DNA of 64,000 nt. It comes from Minisyncoccota bacterium (GTDB lineage Bacteria > Patescibacteriota > Minisyncoccia > Phycocordibacterales > UBA9973). This document shows, in pieces, positions 29,916-39,222 of the stretch. Location: assembly GCA_041663185.1 (NCBI GenBank), contig JBAZQY010000001.1, positions 233,087 to 297,086 of the forward strand. The letters are read 5' to 3'. Numbering within the stretch: the first letter of the stretch is position 1; the number at the start of each line of letters is the position of its first letter. The notes under the pieces were generated by a model that saw only the letters and a program-made list of their open reading frames with translations, searched no databases and was not told the DNA's origin. The position numbers were made by a program, and so were the translations under genes.

Positions 29916-30374
29916 ATGAAAAAAATTATGTTCATCATTGCCGTAGTTCTTCTGATTTCTTCAACAGCTTATACACAGATTAATCCTGACTTTAGAACCA
30001 TCCAATATGGTTTTATGGACCGAATTCTTGACAGTTTGGCAATTAATCCGGACTTCGCTGAATTCAAAATAACAACGGAACAAAAAGCAGATTCATCTAT
30101 TTATGGTGGTTACTTTTTTATCCGAGTTGAAGATCTGGATTCTGAGTTCGGGGTTCCAACAGGAGATCTAATTTGTTATGAGATTAATATTTCGTGGAAT
30201 GGTAACAACGTTCGCCACTTTTCTATTTCCAGGAATAATTCCTATGTCGCTTATTATCCGGAAGAAAAAAGGTTAGAAATAAGCGAGAATAGCGTTGAAA
30301 AAGAAATCATTCCTCGTAAATACATGGCAGTCCTCCAGGATGTTAGCCAAAATAAGTTTACTAAAGTATGGTAA
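29916..30374 (+). CDS. secreted hypothetical protein
   Basis: signal peptide MKKIMFIIAVVLLISSTAYTQ; sigma70-like promoter ttgact/tatact about 165 nt upstream. Confidence 0.5.
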   Translation: MKKIMFIIAVVLLISSTAYTQINPDFRTIQYGFMDRILDSLAINPDFAEFKITTEQKADSSIYGGYFFIRVEDLDSEFGVPTGDLICYEINISWNGNNVRHFSISRNNSYVAYYPEEKRLEISENSVEKEIIPRKYMAVLQDVSQNKFTKVW

Positions 30375-30487
30375 TTATATACCTACAAACACATGGGGCC
30401 GTCACGAATAATTCGTGGCGGTCTTTTTTATTTCCATCAATTTTTTTATTACAAATAATCTTCGGCGAATTCTGATATAATTAGAAA

Positions 30488-32971
30488 ATGGCTAAGAAAA
30501 AGGAGGGGAAACAAAAGATAGTTTTGCTTGATTCACATGCGATTATTCATCGGGCTTATCATGCTCTCCCTGAGTTCATGAATTCTCGTGGTGAGCCAAC
30601 TGGGGCTATATATGGGCTTGCTACGATGCTTTTCAAGATCATTACTGACCTAAAGCCGGATTATATTGTGGCTTGTTTTGATTTACCCAAGAAGACATTT
30701 CGTCACGAAGCTTATGATAATTACAAAGCTGGCCGAGCCAAGGCTGATGAGGCACTAGTTGCTCAACTTATTCGCGCTCGCGATTTTTTTAAAGCATTAT
30801 CTGTCCCAATGTATGAATGCGAAGGATTTGAAGCTGATGATTTACTCGGGACAATAACCGAACAATTAAAAAACAAAAAAGATAAAGTTGATATCATTAT
30901 TGCTTCGGGGGATATGGATACACTCCAAATTGTCGAAGGGGACTGGATTCAAGTTTACACTCTTAAAAAAGGAATTAATGACACAATTTTATATAACGAG
31001 AAAAAAGTTTTTGAACGTTTTGGATTTAAGCCGAAAAATTTACCGGATTATAAAGGATTGCGGGGTGACCCATCGGATAATATTATTGGTATAAAAGGAA
31101 TTGGGGAAAAAACTGCTACAACTCTTATTTCAGAGTACGGAACAATTGAAAATATTTATAAGGCGATAAAAAAGAGCGATAGTGAATTAAAGAAAATAGG
31201 TATAACCGACCGAATTCTCACCCTTCTCAAAGAAGGTGAAGAAGAAGCGCTGTTTTCGAAAACATTAGCCACGATCCGAATGGACGCGCCGATAAAATTT
31301 GAATTACCTAAAAAAATTTGGAAGGAAACAGTTGATAAAAATAATGTTGCAAGTTTTTTCAGAGAACTTGAATTCAAAAGTTTGCAAAATAGATTTTTGA
31401 ATGTTTTGGGGGAAGAAGGGGCCGAAATCCGAGAAAGCTCCTCTCAGCAAGGTCCTCGGACGAGGGAGGAGAGGGGCCAGACCATTGCCGATAGGACTTT
31501 CTCGGATTTCGGCCCAACAACTACTGATAATGAAAAATTCAAAAAAGCGCAAATTGCTTATTGGCTTTTGAATTCGGAGCGGACAGACCCAGATATTGAT
31601 GAAGTATCCCACTACAAAGGAAGTGAATCACTTGATGAAGCCACCAAACTTCTTGAAGCCGATATTAAAAAAGAAAATTTATCTTACGTTTATGAAAATA
31701 TTGAAATCCCAATTATACCTATAATTGACAAGATGGAAAAGCAGGGGATTTTAGTTGATATTGCTTATTTAAAAAAAATCTCAAAAGAGTATCACAAAGA
31801 TTTAGCAGAGATTGAGAAAAATATATGGAAGCAAGCGGGTGTAGAATTTAATATAAACTCTCCAAAGCAAATTAGTGACATTCTTTTTAATAAGTTAGGA
31901 CTTTCAATGAAAGGAATAAAAAAAAGTGCTGGTGGAGCTATCTCAACCCGGGAGAGCGAGCTCGAAAAACTTCGCGACCTACATCCAATAATTAACGAAA
32001 TCTTAAAACACCGCGAACTCCAGAAACTTCTTTCAACATATATTGATACTATCCCATCATCAGTCGGGGAAGATGGTCGGCTACACGCCAGTTTCATTCA
32101 AGCTGGGACGACAACAGGAAGATTTTCTTCTAATAATCCAAACTTACAAAATATTCCAATAAAAACTGAACGGGGGAAAAACATTCGGAATGCTTTCATC
32201 GCCCCCGAGGGTTATGTTTTAGCTTCATTTGACTACTCGCAAATTGAACTTCGGGTGGCAGCGCTCATGTCGCAGGATCCCTACTTTGTAAAAGTTTTTG
32301 AGGAAGGACGTGATATTCATAGTGCTGTGGCGATGAAAGTTTTCGGAGTAAAAGAAAATGAAGTAACTCATGAAATGCGTCGTCGGGCTAAAGTTATTAA
32401 TTTTGGAATTTTATATGGCATGGGTGTAAATGCACTTCGTCAAAACCTTGCTCGTACAGAAATGGGCTCTCTCAAAAAATCTGAAGATATCTCACGTGCC
32501 GACGCGCAAATATTTTATGATAATTATTTTGCTCAGTTTCCAACAATTGCTGGCTATCTTGAGAGTATCAAAAATTTTGCAAAGTGTAATGGATACACTG
32601 AAACCTTATTTGGTCGCAAAAGATATTTCCCTGGTATCAAGTCGCCGATTCCTTTTATCAGAGCAATGGCCGAGCGAATGGCAACAAATGCTCCGATTCA
32701 AGGAACTGCCACAGCCGACATTATAAAAATAGGAATGAAAAAGGCTGAAGATGCTTTGCAAAAAGCTGGTCTTTCGGAAGTCGTGCGACTGGTATTGCAA
32801 GTTCACGATGAATTGGTCTATGAGGTAAAAGAAGATAAGGTTAATGAGGCGAGTCAAATTATTGAAAAAGCCATGAAAGAAGTCATTCCGGAAGAGTTTT
32901 TGAAAGGCAAAGAGAAGGTTCCTTTACTGGTATCATTCTCGTATGGCCGAACTTGGGGTGATTTAAAATAG
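30488..32971 (+). CDS. polA: DNA polymerase I (5'-3' exonuclease + polymerase; no proofreading domain evident)
   Basis: DYSQIELR, RRRAKVINFGILYGMG, QVHDELVYE; carries a GC-rich in-frame insertion at about 31418-31515. Confidence 0.95.
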   Translation: MAKKKEGKQKIVLLDSHAIIHRAYHALPEFMNSRGEPTGAIYGLATMLFKIITDLKPDYIVACFDLPKKTFRHEAYDNYKAGRAKADEALVAQLIRARDFFKALSVPMYECEGFEADDLLGTITEQLKNKKDKVDIIIASGDMDTLQIVEGDWIQVYTLKKGINDTILYNEKKVFERFGFKPKNLPDYKGLRGDPSDNIIGIKGIGEKTATTLISEYGTIENIYKAIKKSDSELKKIGITDRILTLLKEGEEEALFSKTLATIRMDAPIKFELPKKIWKETVDKNNVASFFRELEFKSLQNRFLNVLGEEGAEIRESSSQQGPRTREERGQTIADRTFSDFGPTTTDNEKFKKAQIAYWLLNSERTDPDIDEVSHYKGSESLDEATKLLEADIKKENLSYVYENIEIPIIPIIDKMEKQGILVDIAYLKKISKEYHKDLAEIEKNIWKQAGVEFNINSPKQISDILFNKLGLSMKGIKKSAGGAISTRESELEKLRDLHPIINEILKHRELQKLLSTYIDTIPSSVGEDGRLHASFIQAGTTTGRFSSNNPNLQNIPIKTERGKNIRNAFIAPEGYVLASFDYSQIELRVAALMSQDPYFVKVFEEGRDIHSAVAMKVFGVKENEVTHEMRRRAKVINFGILYGMGVNALRQNLARTEMGSLKKSEDISRADAQIFYDNYFAQFPTIAGYLESIKNFAKCNGYTETLFGRKRYFPGIKSPIPFIRAMAERMATNAPIQGTATADIIKIGMKKAEDALQKAGLSEVVRLVLQVHDELVYEVKEDKVNEASQIIEKAMKEVIPEEFLKGKEKVPLLVSFSYGRTWGDLK
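31418..31515 (+). repeat. GC-rich element bounded by a perfect 19-bp inverted repeat, in frame inside polA
   Basis: gggccgaaatccgagaaag ... ctttctcggatttcggccc; core ggacgagggaggagaggggccagacc. Confidence 0.65.
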
Positions 32972-33120
32972 CTTTGCCCCGTACTAAATTTTTGATTAAT
33001 TTATATTAAAATTATAAAATAATAGTACAATTAAAAAATAATTATTCAGTTTTTATCAAACGTAAAATTTTAGTACTGGGGTGGCGTAAATTATTTTCAG
33101 GTGATAGGATTAATGTATAT

Positions 33121-33621
33121 ATGAATCCAGTAGAATATCAAACAAAAGAGTTTAAAGAATATCGCAAGGGCACAGTGCATTTTATCTTACTGCACTCATA
33201 CCTTATTTTCTTGTTTGCTGTAATTTTGGGAGTTATTTTTGATACCTATTTAAATCGGAAAATATTTTCAAATGATGTTTATCAAGTGATTGGTTTTTTG
33301 ATGTTGATAATTTCTTCAATCATTATATATTGGGCCCAAAGTTCGTCGGCTAATTATAAAAAGAAAGTTCACAAAAAAGAAGGTAGATCTCATTTTGAAT
33401 TTGGTCCATATCGATATTTGCGTAGCCCAACTCATTTCGGTCTTTTTATTTTGACTATTGGCTTCGCTCTTATCATAAACTCATTATTTAGTATTATTTT
33501 TACAATCATCGCTTACATAATTACAAAACTTTTCTTTCTCAAAAAAGAAGAGAAAATGTTGGAAGAAAAATATGGTCAAGTTTATCGTGACTACAAGAAG
33601 AAAGTTAAAAATTGGATATGA
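33121..33621 (+). CDS. membrane methyltransferase of the isoprenylcysteine carboxyl methyltransferase (ICMT/PEMT) family
   Basis: multi-TM; GPYRYLRSPTHFG and C-terminal EEKMLEEKYGQVYRDY. Confidence 0.55.
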   Translation: MNPVEYQTKEFKEYRKGTVHFILLHSYLIFLFAVILGVIFDTYLNRKIFSNDVYQVIGFLMLIISSIIIYWAQSSSANYKKKVHKKEGRSHFEFGPYRYLRSPTHFGLFILTIGFALIINSLFSIIFTIIAYIITKLFFLKKEEKMLEEKYGQVYRDYKKKVKNWI

Positions 33622-34253
33622 TATATATTCTTACGGGGAATGATACGAAAAAGAAAAATGCTTATCTAAAAAAGCTATCTAAAAAAGATCAGCTAGTTTT
33701 TATACCACGAGCAGATATAACAAAAGAAAATTTTTTTGAGTATGCGGGGAGCATTTCTTTGTTTGGGGATTCGCCAGTTGTTGTGGCTGACGACATATTA
33801 AATGATGAAGATATTAAGTTTTCTGCAAAAGAATTACTTGTTTTAAAAGATTCAAAAACAGTCTTTGTGTTTTTGGAGGAAAAATTACCAGCTTCACAAA
33901 TTAAGGAATATAAAAAATACGGCATAGTTGAAGATTTTAGCACACAGGCATTAGCCAAGAAGTTAAAAATGAATACTTTCAGCATTGCTGAAGCTTTCTC
34001 CCGTCGCGATAAAATTGGAACTTGGATTTTGTATCGAGAAGCAGTGTCGTTGGGTATTGCTCCAGAAGAAATTTCTGGAATTATTTTTTGGAAAATTAAA
34101 ATGATGTTGTTAAATGGAACAAAAGTTTTTTCGTCTGATGAATTGAAGAGTAGTTCTAGTAATCTCGTTGATATTTATCACAAAGCTCATAGAGGGGAAT
34201 GTGATTTTATTGTCGGGCTTGAACAGTTTATTCTTTCATCGCTAAATAAATAA
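33612..34253 (+). CDS. DNA polymerase III delta subunit-like protein (short form)
   Basis: IYILTGND N-terminus and length/position; weak assignment. Confidence 0.4.
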   Translation: MDMIYILTGNDTKKKNAYLKKLSKKDQLVFIPRADITKENFFEYAGSISLFGDSPVVVADDILNDEDIKFSAKELLVLKDSKTVFVFLEEKLPASQIKEYKKYGIVEDFSTQALAKKLKMNTFSIAEAFSRRDKIGTWILYREAVSLGIAPEEISGIIFWKIKMMLLNGTKVFSSDELKSSSSNLVDIYHKAHRGECDFIVGLEQFILSSLNK

Positions 34254-34264
34254 GAAACAAAAAA

Positions 34265-34313
34265 AGGCTTGGAAGTCGAACCTCAAATTTTGAGAACCGA
34301 CTTCCAAGCCTTT
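34265..34313. terminator. long perfect hairpin (bidirectional terminator)
   Basis: ggcttggaagtcgaacctcaaattttgagaaccgacttccaagcc + T run. Confidence 0.7.
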
Positions 34314-34439
34314 TGAGCTTTTAGAACAAAGAACAACTCACTAATAAAAGTGTGAGTATAAAGTACCAATAATGTATATATAAATCTTTTCTTAAATTTA
34401 AATACCTATTCGTAGGTTGAACGTGGAAAAGATTATTAC

Positions 34440-34600
34440 AAAGATATCTTGTATGTATTATATAACAGAAATAGAAGGCAAGCAAGTAAGCTGTGGATAA
34501 CATTTGTCCCCATGCCAGGCCTAGCCCGTGCTGATTGGCCTAGGGAGATTATTATAACTATCTTCTCTGACAGAGGTTATATGGAGGATTTGTATAACAA
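34440..34600. other. candidate structured non-coding RNA in a convergent intergenic region (identity unresolved)
   Basis: about 290-bp ORF-free gap with a locally GC-rich core gtccccatgccaggcctagcccgtgctgattggcctaggg and a gaaggcaagcaag motif. Confidence 0.25.
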
Positions 34601-34611
34601 GTTGTTATTTA

Positions 34612-35511
34612 TTAAGGTGTTGCAGAGTTAGATTTCTTGATAGAAAAATTATAAATTCCTATACCAAATAATGACAACACAACACCAATAATAAATAAAA
34701 TTGTTAATTTTTCTGACAGAAAAAGATAAGCTAGTAAAAAAGTTATAAATGGTTGCAAATATAAAATCATAGAATTCATTACGGGTGTTGTCTTTTTTAT
34801 TAAAACTTGATTTATTAAGTAGCAAATAGCTGTACCGAAAACTGCAATAAATACTATGTATAAATAAGAAGTGGTAGAGACATTTTTTATCCAATAAGAG
34901 TTTTTTATTAAATCGAAAAACAAGAACGGTATTAATAGTATTGTTGTTGTTGCAATAAAATAATTATTAATTTTTATTGATGAATATTCTTGTTTTATTT
35001 TTTTTGATAAAACCCAGTACAAAGAAATGGAAAGCATTGCAATAGTAATAATAAAATTACCAATTATTGTACCCCCACTATTATTTGAAATTAGTGGCAT
35101 TAATATTATTGTAATTGTTCCAATAAATCCAATAATGATTCCAATTATTTTATTAAAACCGAATTTCTCTTTTAATATATAAAAAGACAATATTGCAGAT
35201 ATGATGGGGACTGCACTATAAATCATTTGACTCATGTTTGCTGTGGTATGTTTTATACCAAATGAAAATAATATTACATTAAGAGAGGCAAGAAGTGATA
35301 ATAATATTATTTTCCAATCTTTCTTTTTAAATGTTGGTAGGTGTTTTAATGAAAATGGTATTAAAAATATTGAGGCAATAAAAAATCTTAAGAAGGTAAA
35401 ACTAAAAGATGGTATTTCCTCTAAAACTATTTTACCCAAAACACCAGTGGTTGCACCAAAAACAGCAGCCAAAAGAATCAAAAAAAGAATAGAATAATTA
35501 TTTTTTTGCAT
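34612..35511 (-). CDS. EamA/DMT-family transporter
   Basis: about 10 TM segments, duplicated EamA-like halves. Confidence 0.75.
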   Translation of the reverse strand: MQKNNYSILFLILLAAVFGATTGVLGKIVLEEIPSFSFTFLRFFIASIFLIPFSLKHLPTFKKKDWKIILLSLLASLNVILFSFGIKHTTANMSQMIYSAVPIISAILSFYILKEKFGFNKIIGIIIGFIGTITIILMPLISNNSGGTIIGNFIITIAMLSISLYWVLSKKIKQEYSSIKINNYFIATTTILLIPFLFFDLIKNSYWIKNVSTTSYLYIVFIAVFGTAICYLINQVLIKKTTPVMNSMILYLQPFITFLLAYLFLSEKLTILFIIGVVLSLFGIGIYNFSIKKSNSATP

Positions 35512-35760
35512 ATGCAGATTATATCAGAAATAAACAAAAGTTCGATTTCTGTCTGGGTTAAACTCGGTAGGACCATGAGTACATTTATCGACCTCGACTA
35601 AAACTTTTTCGTCAAAAAGTTTTGTCTGGTCACCAGCTCGTCTATTTTCAAAGCTTTGAAAATATGACTCTGCTGTTCGATTCCTACACGCAAGCAAAGA
35701 AGTTTGCTTGCTCTCGCGGACAATAATAAAAACCTTAATTTCTTAAGGTTTTTATTATTG

Positions 35761-35834
35761 TCCGCTCGGTAGGAATCGAACCTACGACCATCTCCTTAAA
35801 AGGGAGCTGCTCTACCAACTGAGCTACGAGCGGA
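35761..35834 (-). tRNA. tRNA-Lys (anticodon UUU)
   Basis: minus-strand fold: acceptor CCGCTCG/CGAGCGG, D-arm GCTCAGTTGGTAGAGC, anticodon loop CTTTTAA, T-arm GTAGGTTCGATTCCTAC. Confidence 0.9.
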
Positions 35835-36058
35835 TGGATGTTGATATTTATTAACTACACAGTAATACTTTTCGATTGACCCACTACAACTAACTGCGAG
35901 TGGGTATTTAACACGATTTATCAAAAGTACCATATTTACTCCTTAAAATCAACACCAGGATTATAAAACTTGACTTTTTAAGGCTAACATGATATACTTG
36001 AAGTCGAATACAATAATGTTGTTTAGACAATAATCAGAAACTTCTAAAATTACTTACT

Positions 36059-36313
36059 ATGGCTGAAAAAAATTTAACACACACGAGTCCTTTTTATGTT
36101 GGCGAGAATTGTGGTCGCCATAGGGGAGACGAATCTACAGGTAGTTCAGGGGAAGCATCTGTCCAACAATTATCTCAGAACAACGATGGGAAATATGTTC
36201 TCTGTGTTTCTGTTGGAGGTAAATGTAATATATGCGGAGGGTCTTTTGTGAATGGAGATAATATCTGCAATATCGGACGCCATGTGGTAGGTTCTACATA
36301 TCCACGTAAATAA
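36059..36313 (+). CDS. small Cys-rich hypothetical protein (84 aa)
   Basis: six Cys incl. CNICGGSFVNGDNIC; followed by the terminator at 36347-36381. Confidence 0.35.
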   Translation: MAEKNLTHTSPFYVGENCGRHRGDESTGSSGEASVQQLSQNNDGKYVLCVSVGGKCNICGGSFVNGDNICNIGRHVVGSTYPRK

Positions 36314-36346
36314 AAACACAACTCCCTTAAAAACACAACTGCTCTT

Positions 36347-36381
36347 AACCCCACTTCAGTAAAATGAAGTGGGGGTTTTTA
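36347..36381 (+). terminator. terminator
   Basis: aaccccacttcagtaaaatgaagtgggggttttt. Confidence 0.7.
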
Positions 36382-36429
36382 TTTCCAGGTTGTCTTGTTA
36401 AATGATAATTTATTATATAAACTCTATAT

Positions 36430-36915
36430 ATGTTTAAAAAAGATGAAATTAATTCAATATTAATTCTTCCAGATATTCGTTCGGCTATCAATATTGGGGC
36501 TATTTTTCGCACGGCTGATGCTGTTGGAATTTCAAAAATATATTTGACTGGCTATACCCCACGGCCGACAGACAAATTCGGCCGAATTCAGAAAGACATT
36601 GCAAAAAGCGCCCTTGGTGCAGAAACTTGGATTCCTTGGGAATACAAAAAAACATTAATTCCTCTTATAAATACTTTGAAGAAAAATGGTTATAAAATAA
36701 TCGCGATAGAACAAGACGAAAAATCCATTGATTATCGAAAACTCAAGATAAAAAGTAAGGTTGCCATAATTATGGGTAGAGAAGTAGAAGGGCTCCCTAA
36801 AAATATTTTAAACAAATGTGATGTTATCGCTGAAATCCCAATGCATGGTAAAAAAGAATCCTTGAATGTCTCTGTTGCTTGTGGAATTGCCTTGTTTAGA
36901 ATTTTAAGATCCTAA
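36430..36915 (+). CDS. SpoU/TrmH-family RNA 2'-O-methyltransferase
   Basis: SPOUT motifs IMGREVEGL and CGIALFRI. Confidence 0.8.
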   Translation: MFKKDEINSILILPDIRSAINIGAIFRTADAVGISKIYLTGYTPRPTDKFGRIQKDIAKSALGAETWIPWEYKKTLIPLINTLKKNGYKIIAIEQDEKSIDYRKLKIKSKVAIIMGREVEGLPKNILNKCDVIAEIPMHGKKESLNVSVACGIALFRILRS

Positions 36916-37118
36916 TTATCACTTGAACCATAAGATCCTGAGTTAGAAATTTGCCCAGGTTTTTGGATGAGGAACATACTTTCTTCTTTATCTTTATCTT
37001 TTTTGGCACCTCCCATTAATATCCAGATTATAAAAATAGCGACAACAAACAGAAGGACTTCAAGCCCAAAGGACATTCCACCTCCACTATGTTTTTTCTC
37101 TTTTGGTTTTTCTGCCAT
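36912..37118 (-). CDS. small single-TM hypothetical protein
   Basis: 68 aa with central hydrophobic helix. Confidence 0.3.
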   Translation of the reverse strand: MAEKPKEKKHSGGGMSFGLEVLLFVVAIFIIWILMGGAKKDKDKEESMFLIQKPGQISNSGSYGSSDN

Positions 37119-37244
37119 CCCATTAGAAGCAAATCGTGATTATATTTTGTAATAAACCCAATCTGCCATATTAACTTATAATAATTTAATTAATTTTTTG
37201 CCACTTATCCCAATAATCACGGCTTCTAACGGGACAAGTATATC

Positions 37245-38189
37245 CTAAACGAATAATTTTTGATGAACATTACAAAAATGTGTACTACGTCCATTTATAA
37301 CTTTTCTCATTATAACACCAGAACAAGCATGTTTACCACATTTTGTATTTTTCTTCTGATAAACGTTATGTTTATTTTGAAAATTACCTTTTTCTCCATG
37401 GATATTCCGATAATCAGACATCGAATCACCACCGAAATCTATTCCTTTAGTAAGGACCTTTTTCATTTCTTTATACAATTTTAATAATTTTTCCGGAGGT
37501 ATTTTTATTGAATTTGATTCTGGATGAATACTAGAAGACCAAAGCATTTCATCTGAATAAATGTTTCCGATTCCAGCAATAACTGTCTGGTCCATTAAGA
37601 TAGTTTTTATCTTTCCGCTTGTTTTTAAAAATAGACGATCTTTAAACTTTTCAAAAGTAAAAATTTTTTCTAATGGCTCGGGACCAATATTTTTCAAGTG
37701 CAAAGTATTTTCTAAATCATGAGTTGGTATAATGGTAACCTTCCCGAATTTACGAGAATCACAAAAAGCCAAATGTTTAACACCCGAGAAAGTAAAAACA
37801 ACATGAATAAATCGATTACATGGATCTGATAGAGATTTCCTTTCATTTTTATCTGGAACCCAGCTTACTACTTTCTGCTTACTACCTACTACTTGTTTGT
37901 ATTCGCCAAAAAGAAGATGCCCAGTCATTTTTAGATGAATGAGAATTGTATAACCACCAGAAATATGAATTAGAATATTTTTTGCTCGTCTTTCTACTCT
38001 TAGAACTTTTTTCCCGATAACTTTTTTCTTAAATTTTTTGAAAAATACATCATTTTTAATTGTGTCTTGAAATTGTTTAACTTTTTGATTTTTTTTCGAA
38101 AGATCAGTCCAGATATCAACAAAAACAAGCCCTGGTAGGACTTTTTGCAAACCATTTACTGTTGTGGTGACTTCTGGGAGTTCAGGCAT
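37245..38189 (-). CDS. mutM: formamidopyrimidine-DNA glycosylase (Fpg/MutM)
   Basis: MPELPEV N-terminus; C-terminal zinc finger CGKHACSGV ... HFCNVHQ; carries an in-frame repeat-like segment at about 37864-37895. Confidence 0.9.
   Translation of the reverse strand: MPELPEVTTTVNGLQKVLPGLVFVDIWTDLSKKNQKVKQFQDTIKNDVFFKKFKKKVIGKKVLRVERRAKNILIHISGGYTILIHLKMTGHLLFGEYKQVVGSKQKVVSWVPDKNERKSLSDPCNRFIHVVFTFSGVKHLAFCDSRKFGKVTIIPTHDLENTLHLKNIGPEPLEKIFTFEKFKDRLFLKTSGKIKTILMDQTVIAGIGNIYSDEMLWSSSIHPESNSIKIPPEKLLKLYKEMKKVLTKGIDFGGDSMSDYRNIHGEKGNFQNKHNVYQKKNTKCGKHACSGVIMRKVINGRSTHFCNVHQKLFV
37864..37895 (+). repeat. CTACTA-repeat segment (cttactactttctgcttactacctactacttg) embedded in frame in fpg
   Basis: exact cttactacctactac match to the right arm of the hairpin elements; encodes an extra roughly 20-aa loop compared with E. 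coli Fpg. Confidence 0.5.
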
Positions 38190-38247
38190 GAAAAAATAAT
38201 TAGGAATTAATAATTAAGAATTACGAATTGAGAAAATAAATATAAAA

Positions 38248-38826
38248 TTAACGCTTGCCGAGGATTTGCAAAGCTTCTTTTATTCGTGCATTAGTACCGA
38301 TTGTTGTAGAGGGGACTTGTTTGAGAGCATCTCTAGCTTCATTTTGAGAGTAACCGAGAGATTTAAGAGCTTCAATAATATCACTTTCATCGCGCAATAA
38401 TCCTGGAGTGTCATCATCATTTCTATATTCTTGTAATTTATCTCGAAGCTCAACAATTATTTTTTCAGCAGTTTTTTTGCCAATGCCGGAAACTTTATTT
38501 AAATAACTTGTATCACCGGTAGCGATAGCTTTTTTTAGTGTATCTATTGGGGCGACGGTCAAAATTGATAGAGCTGATCTTGGTCCAATACCCGAAACAT
38601 CAAGCAGAAGCTCAAAAAAAGACAACTCGTTAATTGTTTTGAATCCATATAAGTCGATAGAATTTTCTCGGACAGCGGTATGCACCCAAAAAGAAGAATG
38701 TTCTCCAAGAATAGATGATGCTAATGTTTCGGTTGTAATATATAACTTATATCCAACACCCGAAACATCAACCACCAAAAACTTGTTATCAATATGGGCG
38801 ATAATTCCTTCTATTTTTGCAATCAT
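38248..38826 (-). CDS. ruvA: Holliday junction branch-migration protein RuvA
   Basis: MIAKIEGII N-terminus; HhH region GIGPRSALSIL. Confidence 0.9.
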   Translation of the reverse strand: MIAKIEGIIAHIDNKFLVVDVSGVGYKLYITTETLASSILGEHSSFWVHTAVRENSIDLYGFKTINELSFFELLLDVSGIGPRSALSILTVAPIDTLKKAIATGDTSYLNKVSGIGKKTAEKIIVELRDKLQEYRNDDDTPGLLRDESDIIEALKSLGYSQNEARDALKQVPSTTIGTNARIKEALQILGKR

Positions 38827-38958
38827 GTATAAATAATAGCAAATATTGCTCTTTTGGGCTATTTCTGGTAATATTCTTGTATTAAGTTTTGCTGGTGTCT
38901 CGGCAGGATTTGAACCAAATTCTTAATTCGTAATTATTAATTCTTAATTAAATATAAT

Positions 38959-39213
38959 ATGCCAATAACAAAATCAGCAAAAAAAGCACTTCGAGGGTCA
39001 ATGGTCAAAAAAGCGGCCAATGATCGCAATAAGAAGAACATTAAAGAAGCCATAAAGAAAATTGAAAAATTTGTCAAAGAAAAGAAAAAAGATGAAGCCA
39101 AAAAGTTACTTCCAGGGGCCTATAGTGTCATCGACAAGGCAGCAAAGAGGGGAGTTATTAAAAAGAATAATGCTTCTCGTAAAAAATCTCGACTTTCAAA
39201 AATAACAAAATAA
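38959..39213 (+). CDS. rpsT: 30S ribosomal protein S20
   Basis: MPITKSAKKALR... basic 84-aa protein. Confidence 0.8.
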   Translation: MPITKSAKKALRGSMVKKAANDRNKKNIKEAIKKIEKFVKEKKKDEAKKLLPGAYSVIDKAAKRGVIKKNNASRKKSRLSKITK

Positions 39214-39222
39214 ACAAAATAA

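Noticed and set aside
31304-31612. 102-aa minus-strand ORF across the polA GC-rich insert
   Set aside because: It is an artefact of the GC-rich palindromic insert. The polA frame is continuous and conserved through this segment.
34440-34600. Assigning the GC-rich intergenic segment as SRP RNA, tmRNA or RNase P RNA
   Set aside because: Only a weak resemblance to the SRP domain IV motif could be found by eye. No tRNA-like end (tmRNA) or RNase P conserved regions are present. It is left as an unassigned candidate.
35234-35497. 87-aa plus-strand ORF
   Set aside because: It is fully inside the minus-strand EamA transporter gene and has no independent support.
37864-37895. fpg as a pseudogene disrupted by a repeat insertion
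   Set aside because: The reading frame and all downstream catalytic and zinc-finger motifs are intact, so the segment behaves as an in-frame loop insertion.
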